Shown here: positions 50,591 to 64,000 of the stretch, piece after piece
Layout: each line of letters begins with the position of its first letter
Position numbering within the stretch: position 1 is the first letter of the stretch
Source of the DNA: Octopus vulgaris
Taxonomy: Eukaryota
NCBI GenBank assembly: GCA_951406725.2
Contig: OX597816.1
Span: 165,354,001-165,418,000 of the forward strand
Direction: 5' to 3'
Length of the DNA: 64,000 nt
Position numbers and translations under genes: made by a program
Notes under the pieces: model-generated
Told to the model about the DNA's origin: nothing
The model's input: the letters and a program-made list of their open reading frames with translations, nothing else
Database searches by the model: none

Positions 50591-52164
50591 ATGGGTTACA
50601 TTTTATCTGTTACTTGTTTCAGTCATTAGACTGCAGCTATGCTTGGGCCCCACTTTGAAGAACTTTAGTCAAACAAATCGACCCCAGTACTCATATTTCT
50701 AAGCTTGGTACTTATTGAATTGGTCTCTTTCACTAAACTAAGTTACAGGGACATAAACACACCAACACCAGCTGTAACATACAGTATAGTACTGCTTCTA
50801 CTTTGCGGATTTTCACCTATCGCAGGGGGAGGGGTATTGAAACAGCCACGATAGTGGAAGGAATCACTATAATGTAATTGGTAATGGCATACAAGGAATA
50901 CAGTATCGTTCCATTTATTATAACATTGTATTTTCTCACCTGTCAAACGTAACTACTTTCTGCTAGGTTTATTCCAATCATTGTCGCCCCCTTCCCCCAT
51001 AAACAGTACACAGGAATTCTGCCCCCTCCCTATGCTTCACCCATTTATTTGATGCCCAAACATTAAAATGCTAAAAATAGCAACCAAAGTCCCCTCAACT
51101 TACACATGCCATCTTCAATAAGATACATTAGATAACATAGTAATATAATCCTAGATACCCTTACCAAGGCAGGGGAGTCATGACTGGAAGGTCTTTCACC
51201 ATAGGTCTCCTAGATAAGAACTGATCTCAAGCATTTTTTGATTATTATCTAGACTAGCAAAATCAGAGAGAGAGATGAAAAAATTGGCTTTTTTATCATT
51301 TTCTTGTTTCAGTGATAGGACTGTGGCCATGCTGGGGCACTGCCTTGTAGGGTTTACTCAAACAAATCGACCCCAGGACTTACTTTTTGAAGTCTGCTAC
51401 TTATTCCACTTGTCTTTTTACCAAATCAATAAGTTAAGGGGATGTAAACAAAGCAGCACCAGTTGATGGAACTGGCTTCTTCACAGCACCACCAACTGGT
51501 GACAAACAAACATGATGACACACGTGCATAGGACAGGCTTTCCACACAGTTTCTATCACCCATATTCACTCCCAAAAGCATTGATTGATCCAAGACAAAA
51601 AGCAGAACGCATGTACCCAAAGTGATACTGAACCCAAAACCACACAACCATGCTGGCCCCTATTGTGATATTTGTTTTGGCTCATCTCAGCTTCTGAGTT
51701 CAAATCCTGCCAAGGTCAGCTAAGCCTTTCATTGATTGCTCTGATGTTGATAAAATAAACAACAATGCAAGAACTGGGGTTTAATAGTACTGTCTTAGCC
51801 CCTCCCCTCAAAGTTGCAAGCCTTCCACTCCAGTTAGAGATGGTTATTATTCTTGACCTCCTAGAAACAATCATGTGTCACTAAAATCACACAGAGGTCA
51901 GCTTGTTTAGTGAAATCATTCAAGGTGTTGTCACACCACAACTACAGTCCAATGATTGAAATGGCGCTCTGTGTGTGTATAAAACAAAGCTTATAGACAA
52001 AGAAATGAAAGAATATAGAATTAAACAAAGTATTTAAAATCACTACAATTGTTTCAATGCATTCTCACACCTGTAGTACATAAGATGTTGTACAATCATT
52101 ACCTTACATCTAAGGTGTGGAATGTGTCAAAACAAGTGTAGGGATTTTAAATGAGCTTTTATTC

Positions 52165-52693
52165 TTTCATTTGTTTCAGTCATTTAAACAAAACTCTTGG
52201 ACATTCTTTGTAAGCTTCATAGTTATTCTTTCAGTCTCTTTTGCCAAACCACTAAGTTACAGGGACACAAACACACCAGCATCAGTTGTCAAGCAATGTT
52301 GGAGGGACAAACACACACATACACATATATAGATATATATATACAACAGGCTTCTTTCAGTTTCCGTCTACCAAATCCACTCACAAGGCTTTGGTTGACC
52401 CGAGGCTATAGCAAAAAAGTACTTGCCCAAGGTGCCATGCAGTGGGACTGAACCCGGAGCCATGGGTTTGGTAAGCAAGCTACTTACCACACAGCCGCTC
52501 CTGCGTTTATATATATATATACATACACACGATAGGCTTCTTTCAGTTTCTGTCTATCAAATCCACTCACAAGGCTTTGGTCGGCCCGAGGCTATAGTAG
52601 AAGACATTTGCTTAAGGTGCCACACAGCAGGACTGAACCTGGAACCATGTGGTTGAGAAGCAAGCTTCTTACCACACAGCTACGCCTGCACCT
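52165..52693 (-). mobile_element. SINE family B plus a second 5' half in tandem
   Basis: GGCTTCTTTCAGTTTC...CACACAGC block repeated at 52349-52503 and 52535-52693. Confidence 0.8.
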
Positions 52694-52996
52694 ACAAGGT
52701 TTTTACACGATTCTCAACTATACCAAAAAAAATAAAATAAAAAAATTTAAAAATTAAAAGGAAGAGACAGTCCTTGTATGTAGCATAACTGAATAAACTA
52801 TCTCAGTGGTTGAATGCATGTGTATGTGTGTGTGTATATAAGTACCTGAAAGTGGCCTTGAACCCCATATGATGGTCACTGATAACGCATTGGTACTTCA
52901 CAGTCACTAGTGTTAGTGGTGGTGGGAGTGGTGGGGATGGTGGAAACACTGAACTGTTAAATGGTTATTTATGACAATTTGAACTATGACTAACTT

Positions 52997-53028
<32 letters not shown>

Positions 53029-53419
53029 AACACACACACATACATACATACACACAGCATATATGTGAGTAGGAGTATGTGTGTGTTTATGAAGCATCTA
53101 AGAGTGTGTGTGTGAATGTTTATGAATGGGTGCACAAGTGTTGATGCTTAACCCCAGGTCATCTCTGAATCAATCTGAACTATGATCAGAATGTTCCAGC
53201 CATGCCCATCCTATCTTTACCTTTGTATTTTCAAAAAATATTTTCAGATGTGTTCTTCCTTTTGATAAATCTGGTATGGTGAGTTAAAAGTGTGTGCGTG
53301 AGAGAGAGAGAGAGAGAGAAGAAGCAAAAGAAATAGTGTATGAGTATAAGAGTGTGTGTGTGTGTGTTTAACCCTTTAGCATTTGGGTTTCTCTGTCAAA
53401 TGTAATGCTTATCTATTCA

Positions 53420-53675
53420 GCCCCAATGCCGATGGCATGTAAAAAGCACTATCCAAATGTAATTGATGCCAGGGCTGCCTGACTGGCTCCTGTGCTGGTG
53501 GCACATAAAAAGCATCCACTACACTCTCAGAGTTGTTGGCATTAGGAAGGGTATCCAGCTGTAGAAACATTGCTAGATCAAATGGAGTCTGGTACAGTTG
53601 CTGGCTCTCCAAACCTCTGTCAAACGATCCAAACCATGCCAGCATGGAAAACGGATGTTAGATGATGATGATGAT
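53420..53675 (+). mobile_element. RTE-type LINE 3' end inside a piggyBac-like MITE
   Basis: Family core and (GAT)n tail. Confidence 0.75.
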
Positions 53676-53702
53676 TGCTATGAATTGATCCTGCATTATC
53701 TT

Positions 53703-53838
53703 GACCGCTCGGTTCAAAGACTCTCTTGACCAGAAATGGCCTGAACTCTTGGCATGATCACCCTCCCTGTACATAACTCCATGTCCCCCTACATGGCCTT
53801 GCTTTTGCTTTTTGAGCCAAAAAATTAACTTAACTTAT
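53703..53838 (+). mobile_element. CR1 3' end, short
   Basis: Matches the reverse complement of 632-770; TTAAC tail; flanked by TTATCTT. Confidence 0.8.
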
Positions 53839-54206
53839 CTTCTAGCTATGAGATTTCAGAGATGTCACCGTTTAGTTGAAGAAGATGATTTATTCCACTT
53901 TGGAGAAATAAAAGTAAAACTGAATATTGGCAACATTTGAACCTGGAACAGCTAGGTATGGAACTAGATACATATTAGTCTGCACTGCTACATTCTTGGC
54001 CATTCCGTGTCTCACTCTCTCCCCCTCTGCAACATCAGCAACAGCGAGTATAATGCAAGTAGTAAGTTTGGCACCACCGCATCGAGGAATTCCCTACCCG
54101 CCCCCACCATGGCCACCTTCATACTCCCAGCACATCACCTCCATCATCGACCCATGCCACCACCAACACCAAATATCCAAGCAGTATTTATGATAACATT
54201 CCTAAT

Positions 54207-54244
<38 letters not shown>

Positions 54245-54871
54245 CATACACACACACATACACCATTAGTCTTTTACACAGCTGTTTAAAGAGAAGAAAA
54301 ACTGTTTATATTCTACATACAACAAAACAAAACATATGCCGCCACCACCACCATGTCTAACTAATTTTAGACACATTAATAACACAACAGCTTTTCATGG
54401 GCCTTGAATATGTGTGTGTGTGTCTGTGTGTATTTTCCATAATCCTTAATACACTGTGATCCTATATATTCATGTTACTGGCCCACAACAGTGGATGCCG
54501 TAAGTAATTGAGGAAGAGATATCGACCTTCAATAATTATAGTCTTTTGCACAGCTATTTTAAGACAAGGAAAGCTGTATTCCGCATACAGAAAACAAAAC
54601 TCAAAACTTCTGCTACAATCATTATGTATAATTATTTCTACATACAGATTATTAACACAACAGTTTGCTACAGGTTGTACACACACACACACACACACAC
54701 ACATATATTTATAAGTGTGTGTGTGTGTGTATGTATAATTGTTTTGACTAATTAGAGCGTTTATTCATTATACTTCTCAATTTATTTTACCTTTTGTCTC
54801 AGTGTTACCTGAGCACTTTCATCTGCAGTCCTATTTTTATTCTTCAATTTAACAAGATTATAAGATTATCA

Positions 54872-54904
<33 letters not shown>

Positions 54905-54906
<2 letters not shown>

Positions 54907-55272
54907 TCTTACTCTTTTACTTGTTTCAGTCATTTGACTGCGGCCATGCTGGAGCACCGCCTTTAATCGAGCAACTCGACCCCGGGGCTTATTCTTTTGT
55001 AAGCCCAGTACTTATTCTATCGGTCTCTTTTGCCGAACCGCTAAGTAACGGGGACATAAACACACCAGCATCGGTTGTCAAGCAATGCTAGGGGGACAAA
55101 CACAGACACACGAACACATACATATATATATATACGACAGGCTTCTTTCAGTTTCCGTCTACCAAATCCACTCACAAGGCTATAGTAGAAGACACTTGCC
55201 CAAGGTGCCATGCAGTGGGACTGAACCCGGAACCATGTGGTTGGTAAACAAGCTACTTACCACACAGCCACT

Positions 55273-55276
<4 letters not shown>
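54905..55276 (-). mobile_element. SINE family B inserted in (TA)n
   Basis: Family motifs, CpG-rich, (TA)n on both sides. Confidence 0.85.
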
Positions 55277-55356
<80 letters not shown>

Positions 55357-56414
55357 AATAAGAAAATGGAGGGGATCAATAGGTGGTTCATCAACTTTTA
55401 GACATATTGTCAATTTATTTATTTACTAAACTGACAATTACAAGAATATAGAAACATGTATAACATGCTTTACATATAAAATATAAAAAAATATATCAAT
55501 ATATAAAGATAGTAGTAATTATTACAATATAACATACATGTATGTTATTGGATAGATATTATCCCTTAGTTAGTTGGATTCACAACCTCTAACTTTCTTG
55601 GAAAATATAAATATAAGTATATTTATGTATACATGTCTGTGTGTGTATATAAACAATTTAACATTAACCTGAAGGACTTTTAATACATGATTATATTTGT
55701 TAAACTTTGAAGTCACTGTCAACCTTTCCACCATTCCGTGAACCTGCATATTTTGTTAGCCACCCTTAACAATAACTGCCTTGATATTCAGATTTTAAAA
55801 AAAACAAACTAAAAAGGATTAATATTCAGGAATTAATCCAATAATCTTGCTAATCTCAATTTTGTACTTCATCCTTCCAGTTCAATAAAGAAATGTTCCA
55901 ACCGGTCGATATAATCAACTGTTTCCAAACCCCAATATTTGTGGCATTGATCCCAAGTTAAAAATCAATAATTAATACAACAGATCAAAGCAGATTGATA
56001 GAAATAGGAATTGATTTTTTTGAGATATCTAATCAGCTGGCAACCAACTGCGCTCCATTGATGAAACATGGGTTTTAGACAACAAATTCTGGGGGTCAGG
56101 AACAACAAGACATATTGGACCCAGTACAGCACTGGTACAGTGTTTTATTGACTGCAGAAGGATGGTGAAGTCCACCTTAGAGGCAATGTCCATGAACATT
56201 ACTGTCTCGGTTTTCATGGTGTATAAGTGACTAAGATCATGAAATTTCCTCCAAACGAGATGCCAGTCTGTCAATATTTTTCATTTACATCTGAATGAAC
56301 TGGAGCAAAATGAAATGAAGTGTTTTGCTCAAGAACACAATTTACCACCCAGTCCAGAAATTGAGACCATGAGTGTTGGGCCTCACAGTTGCAAAGTGGC
56401 TGAGTTCCCTTCAA

Positions 56415-56740
56415 GAGTTGGGCCTCATAGAAGCAATGACTGAAACTTTTGGCATTATGTTGTACTCAAGAAGAAGACTCATCAAGCTGAGCAAAATCAC
56501 AGTTGTGGCAGATAGTGGTGTCATGTAAATTGGCACACATGCCGTTGGCATGTAAAAGCATCCCGGCATCATGCAAATGGCATGTAAAACCGAGTGGTTG
56601 GCACTAGGAAGGGCATACAGTTGTAGAAAACCATACCAAGTCAGAGTGGAGTTTGGTGCAGCTTTCCAGCTTGCTAGCCCTGGACAAATCACCCAACCCA
56701 TGCTAGCATGGACAACGGATGTTAAATGGTGATGATGATG
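56415..56740 (+). mobile_element. RTE-type LINE 3' end with ORF2 C-terminal remnant
   Basis: LGLIEAMT / FWHYVVLKKKTHQAE, then 3'UTR core and GAT tail. Confidence 0.7.
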
Positions 56741-58147
56741 AATTTTGCAATCAGAATGCAACACCCTAAACCAGCAAGAAAGCAGAGCTAGATAATATCA
56801 ATCAAGGAAACAATATTTTGGGCAGAAAGCGTGTGCATGCATGCATGCACATGAATGAATCCACATTCTGTGTGTGTGTCTTCATCATCATAATCTTTTA
56901 TTTTACGTTCCTTTTTTCATCTCTTTTTGTCAATGATGGAATGGGTCAGGGGATTCTTGGTGCAATATTCTTATGGCCAGATGCCCACCCCAGTACAAAA
57001 GACTATATACCCAACATGGCTATGGTGTAATGACTGAAACAAGAGACATGACTGGGGTATATAGGTGTGTCTATAATGAAACGCATATCAGTCAGTAACT
57101 GTACTGTATTGATTCTGTCAACTGCAGAGGGGTAACAATGCACACCCACCACCAAGACTACTACTACTACTAGTAGTAGCAGTAGTACTACAACATACAA
57201 TTTGGCACCACATAAAAGGCGAGAGTTAATATGATTTGAACTATGGACTGACTGGGAAATATTGGACAGGAACCAAGGTTGCCAGGATATTGGAAAGCAA
57301 ATTAAACAAATAAAAACACAAGGAGGACGGCTAGTTTGGCTCAGAGCAGGAAATGGTGGTGGTGGCGGAGACAATGCATGTGAGATTTTGTGTGGGCATG
57401 TGTAGTTAAATAGGAGAGGAAATTAGAATGGAATCAGAGAGGTAGATGCAACAACAACAACAAAACAGTAACAACTGCAGCTTATCAATAACAATTTTGG
57501 GATGTAAATGACCTTTGGATGTCGGAGGTCATTCCTCTGAGTAGATATCGTTTTTTTGGTTTTTCTTTTTTATTTTTGTAGTTTGTTTTTTTTTTCCCTA
57601 GAGAGTCAGGGACATGTGCATGAGAAATAAACCTCTGTCCTACACGATAACAACAGCTGCAACTACCATCATACTTATACTACTACTACTACTCCCAACA
57701 TCCCACTATTACTGCAACCATCGCAATTGCTTTCACCACAACTACAGCCAACACCACCATCAATCCCATCCCTCCCCCACCACCACTAACCAGTACTAAC
57801 TACTATCACATTCACATTAACCCTATTACCACCACTGCTGCCATATTACCATAAACCACTACAACCACCACCACAACCACATTGCTATCATCACCACAAC
57901 CCCCACCCATGACCACCACTGTAAAACTACAAAATTAAGAGAAATACTAACTAACTAATGTAATTTCTTTTTGCCAGAGGAGCAGCTAAGTAAGAACATT
58001 ACAAAAACTGAACCACAGAACAGTAGAGAGAGAGGGAAGAGATTTTACACTGAATCCCTCCAGAGCACATTTATAAGAATTACCTCTCAGCAAGGCAGTG
58101 CTCCAGAATGATCACAACCAGTGAAAATAGGCAATAATAATAATAAT

Positions 58148-58790
58148 GGTTTCAAATTTTGCCACAAGGACAGCCATTTTGGGGGAGGGGATGAGTCTAT
58201 TACATCGACCCCAGTGTTCAACTGGTACTTAATTAATTGCCCCTCCCCTGCCAAAAAGAATGAAAGGTAAAATCAACCACAGCAGAATTTGAACTCAGAA
58301 TGTAGAAGCAGGTGAAATACCACTAAGCATTTCGACCAGAGTGCTAATGATTCTGTCAGCTCACTGCCCTAATAATAATGATAAGGCATCAAGAGGAATA
58401 TAAAGGAAATAGGAATAGAGTACCCAGTAGAACTGTTCCAAAAAGTTTGTCTCCTTGGCAAAGTATTAAATAGTTGAAGAGAACAGATAGCAAGGTACCA
58501 TAGGCTGCAGCTAGCAAGCCCGCTACATATTCAAGATCCCAGGAGTTCCCACAAAACCAGAGTTCAAAGAACGATAATGGCAACCCTTTCCGCAATAAGA
58601 ACAAAAGCTGAAATTTGGGGGGAATGGACTATAAGACTACATTGATCCCAGTGTTCAGCTGGTACTTAATTCATTGACCCCCAAAAGGACAAAAGACAAA
58701 ATCAACCTCAGCAGAATTTGAACTCAGAACGCAACGAGTTGGAAGACACATGTTAGGCATTTTGCCAGACATGTTAACAATTCTACTTAC
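58148..58790. mobile_element. Two SINE C copies (-) around an R4/Dong-like 3' end (+, ~58390-58580)
   Basis: EIGIEYPVELFQKVCLLG-KVLNS* at 58407-58478; (TAA)n spacers. Confidence 0.6.
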
Positions 58791-59206
58791 AATAATAATA
58801 ATAATAATAATAATAGGTGCTACTGATGACTGAGTAGACAACAAAGCAAGAAATATTATTACAGTAAGAAGAAAGTGTCCAATTCACAGGGAAGGGGTAT
58901 CTATGGGGGAGAGAAGGGGGTAGAAAAAGGGAAGGTGTGCCACTGACAAAAGTGTGACTTGATGACATTCATAATTTTCTCAAGGGCATCAGTGGGGTAA
59001 GGAGTGGGAAGTGGTTTGGGTTAGGCATTCAAATTACTGATATGAATATCAACAGGATCAGCCAAGATGTTGCAAGCATCCACCCGCACCTCAGTTGCCA
59101 CCTAAATTGCAAAAAATAGCAGCTATTTCACCCTGAAACCACACGTCCTGAACTCTTAAGAAAAAAATAAAAAAGAAAGTTTTCATACATATATTAGGCA
59201 AGCTTT

Positions 59207-59565
59207 CATCATCATCATCATCATCATTTAGCGTCCGTTTTCCATGCTAGCATGGGTTGGACGGTTCAACTGGGGTCTGGGGAGCCCGAAGGCTGCACCA
59301 GGCCAGTCAGATCTGGCAGTGTTTCTACAGCTGGATGCCCTTCCTAACGCCAACCACTCCGAGAGTGTAGTGGGTGATTTTATGTGCCACCGACACAGGT
59401 GCCAGACGAGGCTGGCGAACGGCCACGCTCGGATGGTGTTTTTATGTGCCACCGACACAGGTGCCAGACGAGGCTGGCAGACGGCCACGCTCGGATGGTG
59501 TTTTTATGTGCCACCGACACAGGTGCCAGATGAGGCTGGCGGACGGCCACGATCGGATGGTGTTT
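59207..59565 (-). mobile_element. RTE-type LINE 3' end, young subfamily, three ~59-bp units
   Basis: Near-identical to 2596-2848. Confidence 0.85.
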
Positions 59566-59991
59566 GTTCGTAAAAATGCTGGGGTGTTGGCCAAAGGTGG
59601 AAAGCCTCTGATGATAGGTCACTTCAGTGAGTGAGAATGAGTATGAGAATAACCAGCATTGACAACAACACTCAGTCATCACAAACAAAGAATTATGAAC
59701 TAAACTACAGTTGATATCAAAGAAAAATATTGGGAAAGAACTTTCATCTTCGATGAGACAAATGGGAAGAACATAAAATGTGTGTGTGTATATAAACATG
59801 CATGTATGGAAAACCGACATTAAACGATGATGTACATGCATCATGCATGCTTATATATATATATATATATATATATATTACACACATACACAGAATCTGG
59901 TGTGTGCATGCATGTATGTACATATGTTATATCAGCATGGAAGGTAAATGTTAAATGATGACGATATATATACCTGCCCCTGTATACATGC

Positions 59992-60032
<41 letters not shown>

Positions 60033-60409
60033 TATACATATACACACACACACACACGATGTTGTGTCTATATTTATCTATCTCCATCTCTGTGTGTGTG
60101 TGTGTGGGTGTTTAATGTGCAATGTTTCTATTTATAAACAGCATCTGTGTGCATATGTATATGGAGGTGTGTAGGAGTACGTCTTCCAAATCCAAATGGT
60201 AATTGGCCGAACAGGAAATTATTAAGTGTCAATGATTGTAATCTTAATGAGAAAACACACACACACACACACAAGTTGATCGAAAACACAAAACTGTAAG
60301 TTAAGCTCCCATGTATGTAGCAGAGGCTGTTACAATTTTGGCAAGGTACCCACTACATTCATATACGAAAATAAATCCTCTTTGATATTGATGATAATAT
60401 TAATAATAA

Positions 60410-61150
60410 TCTTCTTTACACTGCCCAAGGTGTGAAATTTTTGGGGAAGGGGCCAGTTGACTAGATCAACCCCAGTACACAACTGGTACTTAATTTATCG
60501 ACCCAGAAACAATGAAAGGCAAAGATGACCTCTGCAGAATTTGAACTCAGTATGTAAAGACAGACGAAATATAGCTAAGCATTTTGGCCATTGTGCTAAT
60601 GGTTCAGCCTGCTTTCTGCTTTAACAACAAAAACAATTTGGTTGGCGGGGGGGGGGGGGTAGTTGATTACATCGACCTCTGTGTTCAACTGGTACTTATT
60701 TAATCGACCCCAAAAGGATGAAGGGCAAAGTCAAATGCAGCAGAATTTGAACTCTGAGCATAAAGGCACACGAAATGTCACTAAGCATTCTACCAGCTCA
60801 CAACTTTAATAATGATAGGTAAAGTCAACCTCAGCAGAATTTGAACTCAGAATGTAGCGACAGGTGAAATACCACTAAGCATTTCTCGCCCAGCGTGCTA
60901 ACAACTCTGCCAACTCACCGCCATAATAATGACAATAATATTCTTTTCTACTCTAGGCACAAGGCCCGAAATTTTTGGAAAGTGGGCCAGTCAATTAGAT
61001 CGATCCCAGTATGCAACTGGTACCTAATTTATCAACCCTGATGGGATGAAAGGCAAAGTCAACCTCAGCAGAATTTGAACTCAATATAAAGACAGACGAA
61101 ATACCGCTAAGCATTTCACCTGGCGTGCTAACAATTCTGCCAGCCTGTTG
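60410..61150 (-). mobile_element. Array of about four SINE family C copies
   Basis: GCAGAATTTGAACTC repeated four times with family flanks. Confidence 0.8.
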
Positions 61151-61460
61151 TCTTAATAGTGATGATAATAATAATCATTTAATGCCTGTTTTCCATGCTG
61201 GCATAGGTTGGACAGCTTGCGGGAGGAAACAGTTAATTATACCGACAAGTGCTCGACTGTTAATTGTTTTATCAACACCAGAAGGTTGAACAAAAGACAA
61301 GGTTAAACAATTTAAAATTAGAATGTGAAAAGTGATAACTAAATACCACCAGACATTTTATCAGGAGCTCTAATGATTCTGCCCCATGTCCACACCCCAA
61401 TCATAATCAGTGTCGGTGGATAAAATAACTGAAAGAAATTAATTCTTTGTTTTCAAAAGA

Positions 61461-62225
61461 CAGGTGCAGGTGTGGCTGTGTGGTGTAAGAAATTTGCTTT
61501 TCAACCACACGGTTCCGGTTCAGTCCCACTGCGTGACACCTTGGGCAAGTGTCTTCTACTATAGCCTCAAACTGACTAAAGCCTTGTGACAGAATTTGGT
61601 AGAAACTGGAAGAAGCCTGTCATGCTTGTATATGTGTTTATGTGTCTGCTATTTGTCCATCACCACTTGACAACAACCAGTGTTTGTGTTTTTACATTCC
61701 ACTTCCATAATTTAGCAGTTTCATAAAAGAAATCAATAGAATATGGACCATTCTTAAGTTAACAAAACAAAATGTACTGGGATTGATTTGCTTGACTAAA
61801 AGTTCCTGAAGGTGGTGGCCCAGCATGCCTGCAGTTTATTGATAAAAAAATAATAATATATACATATTGTGTGGGTAGAGGCCTGGGTGTAGCTGTGTGG
61901 TAAGAAGCTTGCTTCCCAACCACATGGTTCTGGGTTCAGTCCTACTGCATGACACCTTGGGCAAGTGTATTCTACTGTAGCCTTGGGCTGACCAAAGCCT
62001 TGTGAGTGGATCTGGTAGATGGAAACTGAAAGAAGCCCATTGTATATGTGGTCTGCCCCACCCACCATCACTTGACAACCAATGTTGGTGTGTTTACCTC
62101 CCCATAACTCGGTGGTAAGGCAAAAGAAACCGATAGAATAAGTACTAGGCTTACAAAGTATCAACCCTGGGGTCAATTTGTTTGACTAAAGACAGTGCTC
62201 CAGAATGACCACATTCAAATGAGTG

Positions 62226-62230
<5 letters not shown>
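61461..62230 (+). mobile_element. Two SINE family B copies in tandem
   Basis: Heads at 61461 and 61880. Confidence 0.75.
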
Positions 62231-62256
<26 letters not shown>

Positions 62257-62309
62257 AAATGCTGACATAAACATAGCCATATGCATCACATTAGGCTAGT
62301 GTGTTGCAT

Positions 62310-62454
62310 GTGTGAGTTCAAATTGCGCTGAGGTCAACTTTGCCTTTCATCCTGTCTGGGTCAATAAATTAAGTACCAGTTGCATTCTGGCATCAATCTT
62401 ATTGACTAGGCCCCTACCCCAAAATTTCGGGCCTTGTGCCTAGAGCAGAAAAGA

Positions 62455-62457
<3 letters not shown>
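62310..62457 (+). mobile_element. SINE family C, 5'-truncated, followed by (TA)n
   Basis: GAGTTCAAATT...GCCTTTCATCC...GCCTAGAGCAGAAAAGAAT. Confidence 0.75.
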
Positions 62458-62511
<54 letters not shown>

Positions 62512-63279
62512 GTGTGAATGTGTATTTATACACAGAGAGGTGACCCTTGACAGGACGCCTTACATGCTAGAAAGGGCAGCCAAACCCAAACTGTGAAATG
62601 TAATTCCAAAGAGAATGAAAACAAAAATTATTTACAGTTATATACACTCTTATATATGAAAATATGTTGTCTACTGACTTTTATTATGCATGCTAGCCAC
62701 CGGTATGAACAATTTTCTAAATTTTCTACCCTTATAATTTTCACAGTAATACATGCATATATATTATATATATATATCTTTTATCTTTTGCTTGCTTCAG
62801 TCATTAGATTGCTAGATTGCAGTATGCATGTACTCATAAATACACACAGTGTTTGTATGCACGCACACACACACTCACATACCTGTGCATATGAAGGAGT
62901 GCACGTGTTTACACACATACCTGATAAGGAACAATTTAACAGCAACAACGGAAAGAAGAAAAAAATGTGAATGTTGGAGGTTGAGCGAGTTTACAGGAAT
63001 AAGAGAAATTCTCATTATGCCGCCTCAGTGGTGGTAGAGATGGTGGTGGTGGTGGAGGGGGAAGTAGAGACGAAGGGAACGGAAGAACGACAGTGAAACA
63101 GCTCTGTGCTACCAGTCACCTATAAAAAGTACAAATCTGACCTTCAAACTAACATTGAACTGGTATCTACTTTCACCTACACTTGTAGCAAGGGGAAATA
63201 ATTACGACTGGCACAATGTATCTGCACAACACAGAAATGTAATAACTACAACAATAACGGCTGGTGGAACCCCCCACCA

Positions 63280-63280
63280 T

Positions 63281-63313
<33 letters not shown>

Positions 63314-63539
63314 TACACACAGACACACTTTCTCTCTATCTCTTTCACTGGCACAAAAATACCTACATGCAAAATTATATACATGTGAGTGTATGTGTTG
63401 TGTGTGTATAATACATATATGCACTATATACATATATATATATATATAAATACATACCTCACACACATTTACAATAAACATACACACATGTGCTATATCT
63501 ATGTATATATACATACATGCACTGTATACCTATGTGTGC

Positions 63540-63571
<32 letters not shown>

Positions 63572-63730
63572 TATATACATATACACACACACGTACTATA
63601 AATCTACACACACACTATTTATATATATAAATACACATACACACATGTACTATACACACACATGCACTATATAAATACACATACACTATATACATACATA
63701 CACACATTACTATATACATATATACACAGA
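63280..63730. repeat. Compound CA/TA low-complexity tract
   Basis: Directly visible. Confidence 0.9.
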
Positions 63731-64000
63731 GATTGAGGTTTGTTTTAATGTCAAGTTATATATAAAAACAATTTAATGTTAAACTCAAGGATCACGCAAA
63801 TTCTTTTTACAGGAGTACATGTTTATTAATTTTTACAAGGAAAAGTTCGACAGTGACTTCGAAGTTGGTTCACCATCATCACTCTAATGATGACAGGCAA
63901 GCTAAAACTTCAAAAGCCACTGTTAGTCTTTCCCTTTATAATGTAATATATATCCTCCACTGTAGCATCCACATCCTTGTTAAGCAAGATCAAAAATGAA

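Overview
AT-rich eukaryotic genomic DNA. The repeat landscape (tRNA-derived SINEs, RTE/CR1/R4-type LINE 3' ends, dense TA/CA/AAT microsatellites) resembles an octopus (coleoid cephalopod) genome; this is an inference from recalled repeat families. None of the listed ORFs looks like an intact gene. The one convincing coding segment is missing from the ORF track: a 59-nt minus-strand exon at 4678-4736, (A)SYTGSSSEEEDINPKDKVQ, which matches the serine-rich N-terminal region of IRBIT/AHCYL (SAH-hydrolase-like protein). I found no neighbouring exon, so the rest of the window is probably intron, more than 59 kb of it upstream of the exon. That intron is packed with transposon copies: about 20 RTE-LINE 3' ends, at least four SINE families, CR1, R4/Dong, mariner, piggyBac- and hAT-type MITEs, and an intact non-autonomous Helitron. 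The most notable signal is a recurring class of fold-back elements, often in (TA)n tracts, made of a long palindrome plus a one-sided tail, probably Penelope-like termini. One of them (42210-42371) carries a type-I minimal hammerhead-ribozyme fold on both strands. The RTE 3'UTR repeat unit also keeps a hairpin plus a possible H-type pseudoknot. All family names come from motif recognition by eye, not database searches, and repeat boundaries are approximate unless a TSD is given.
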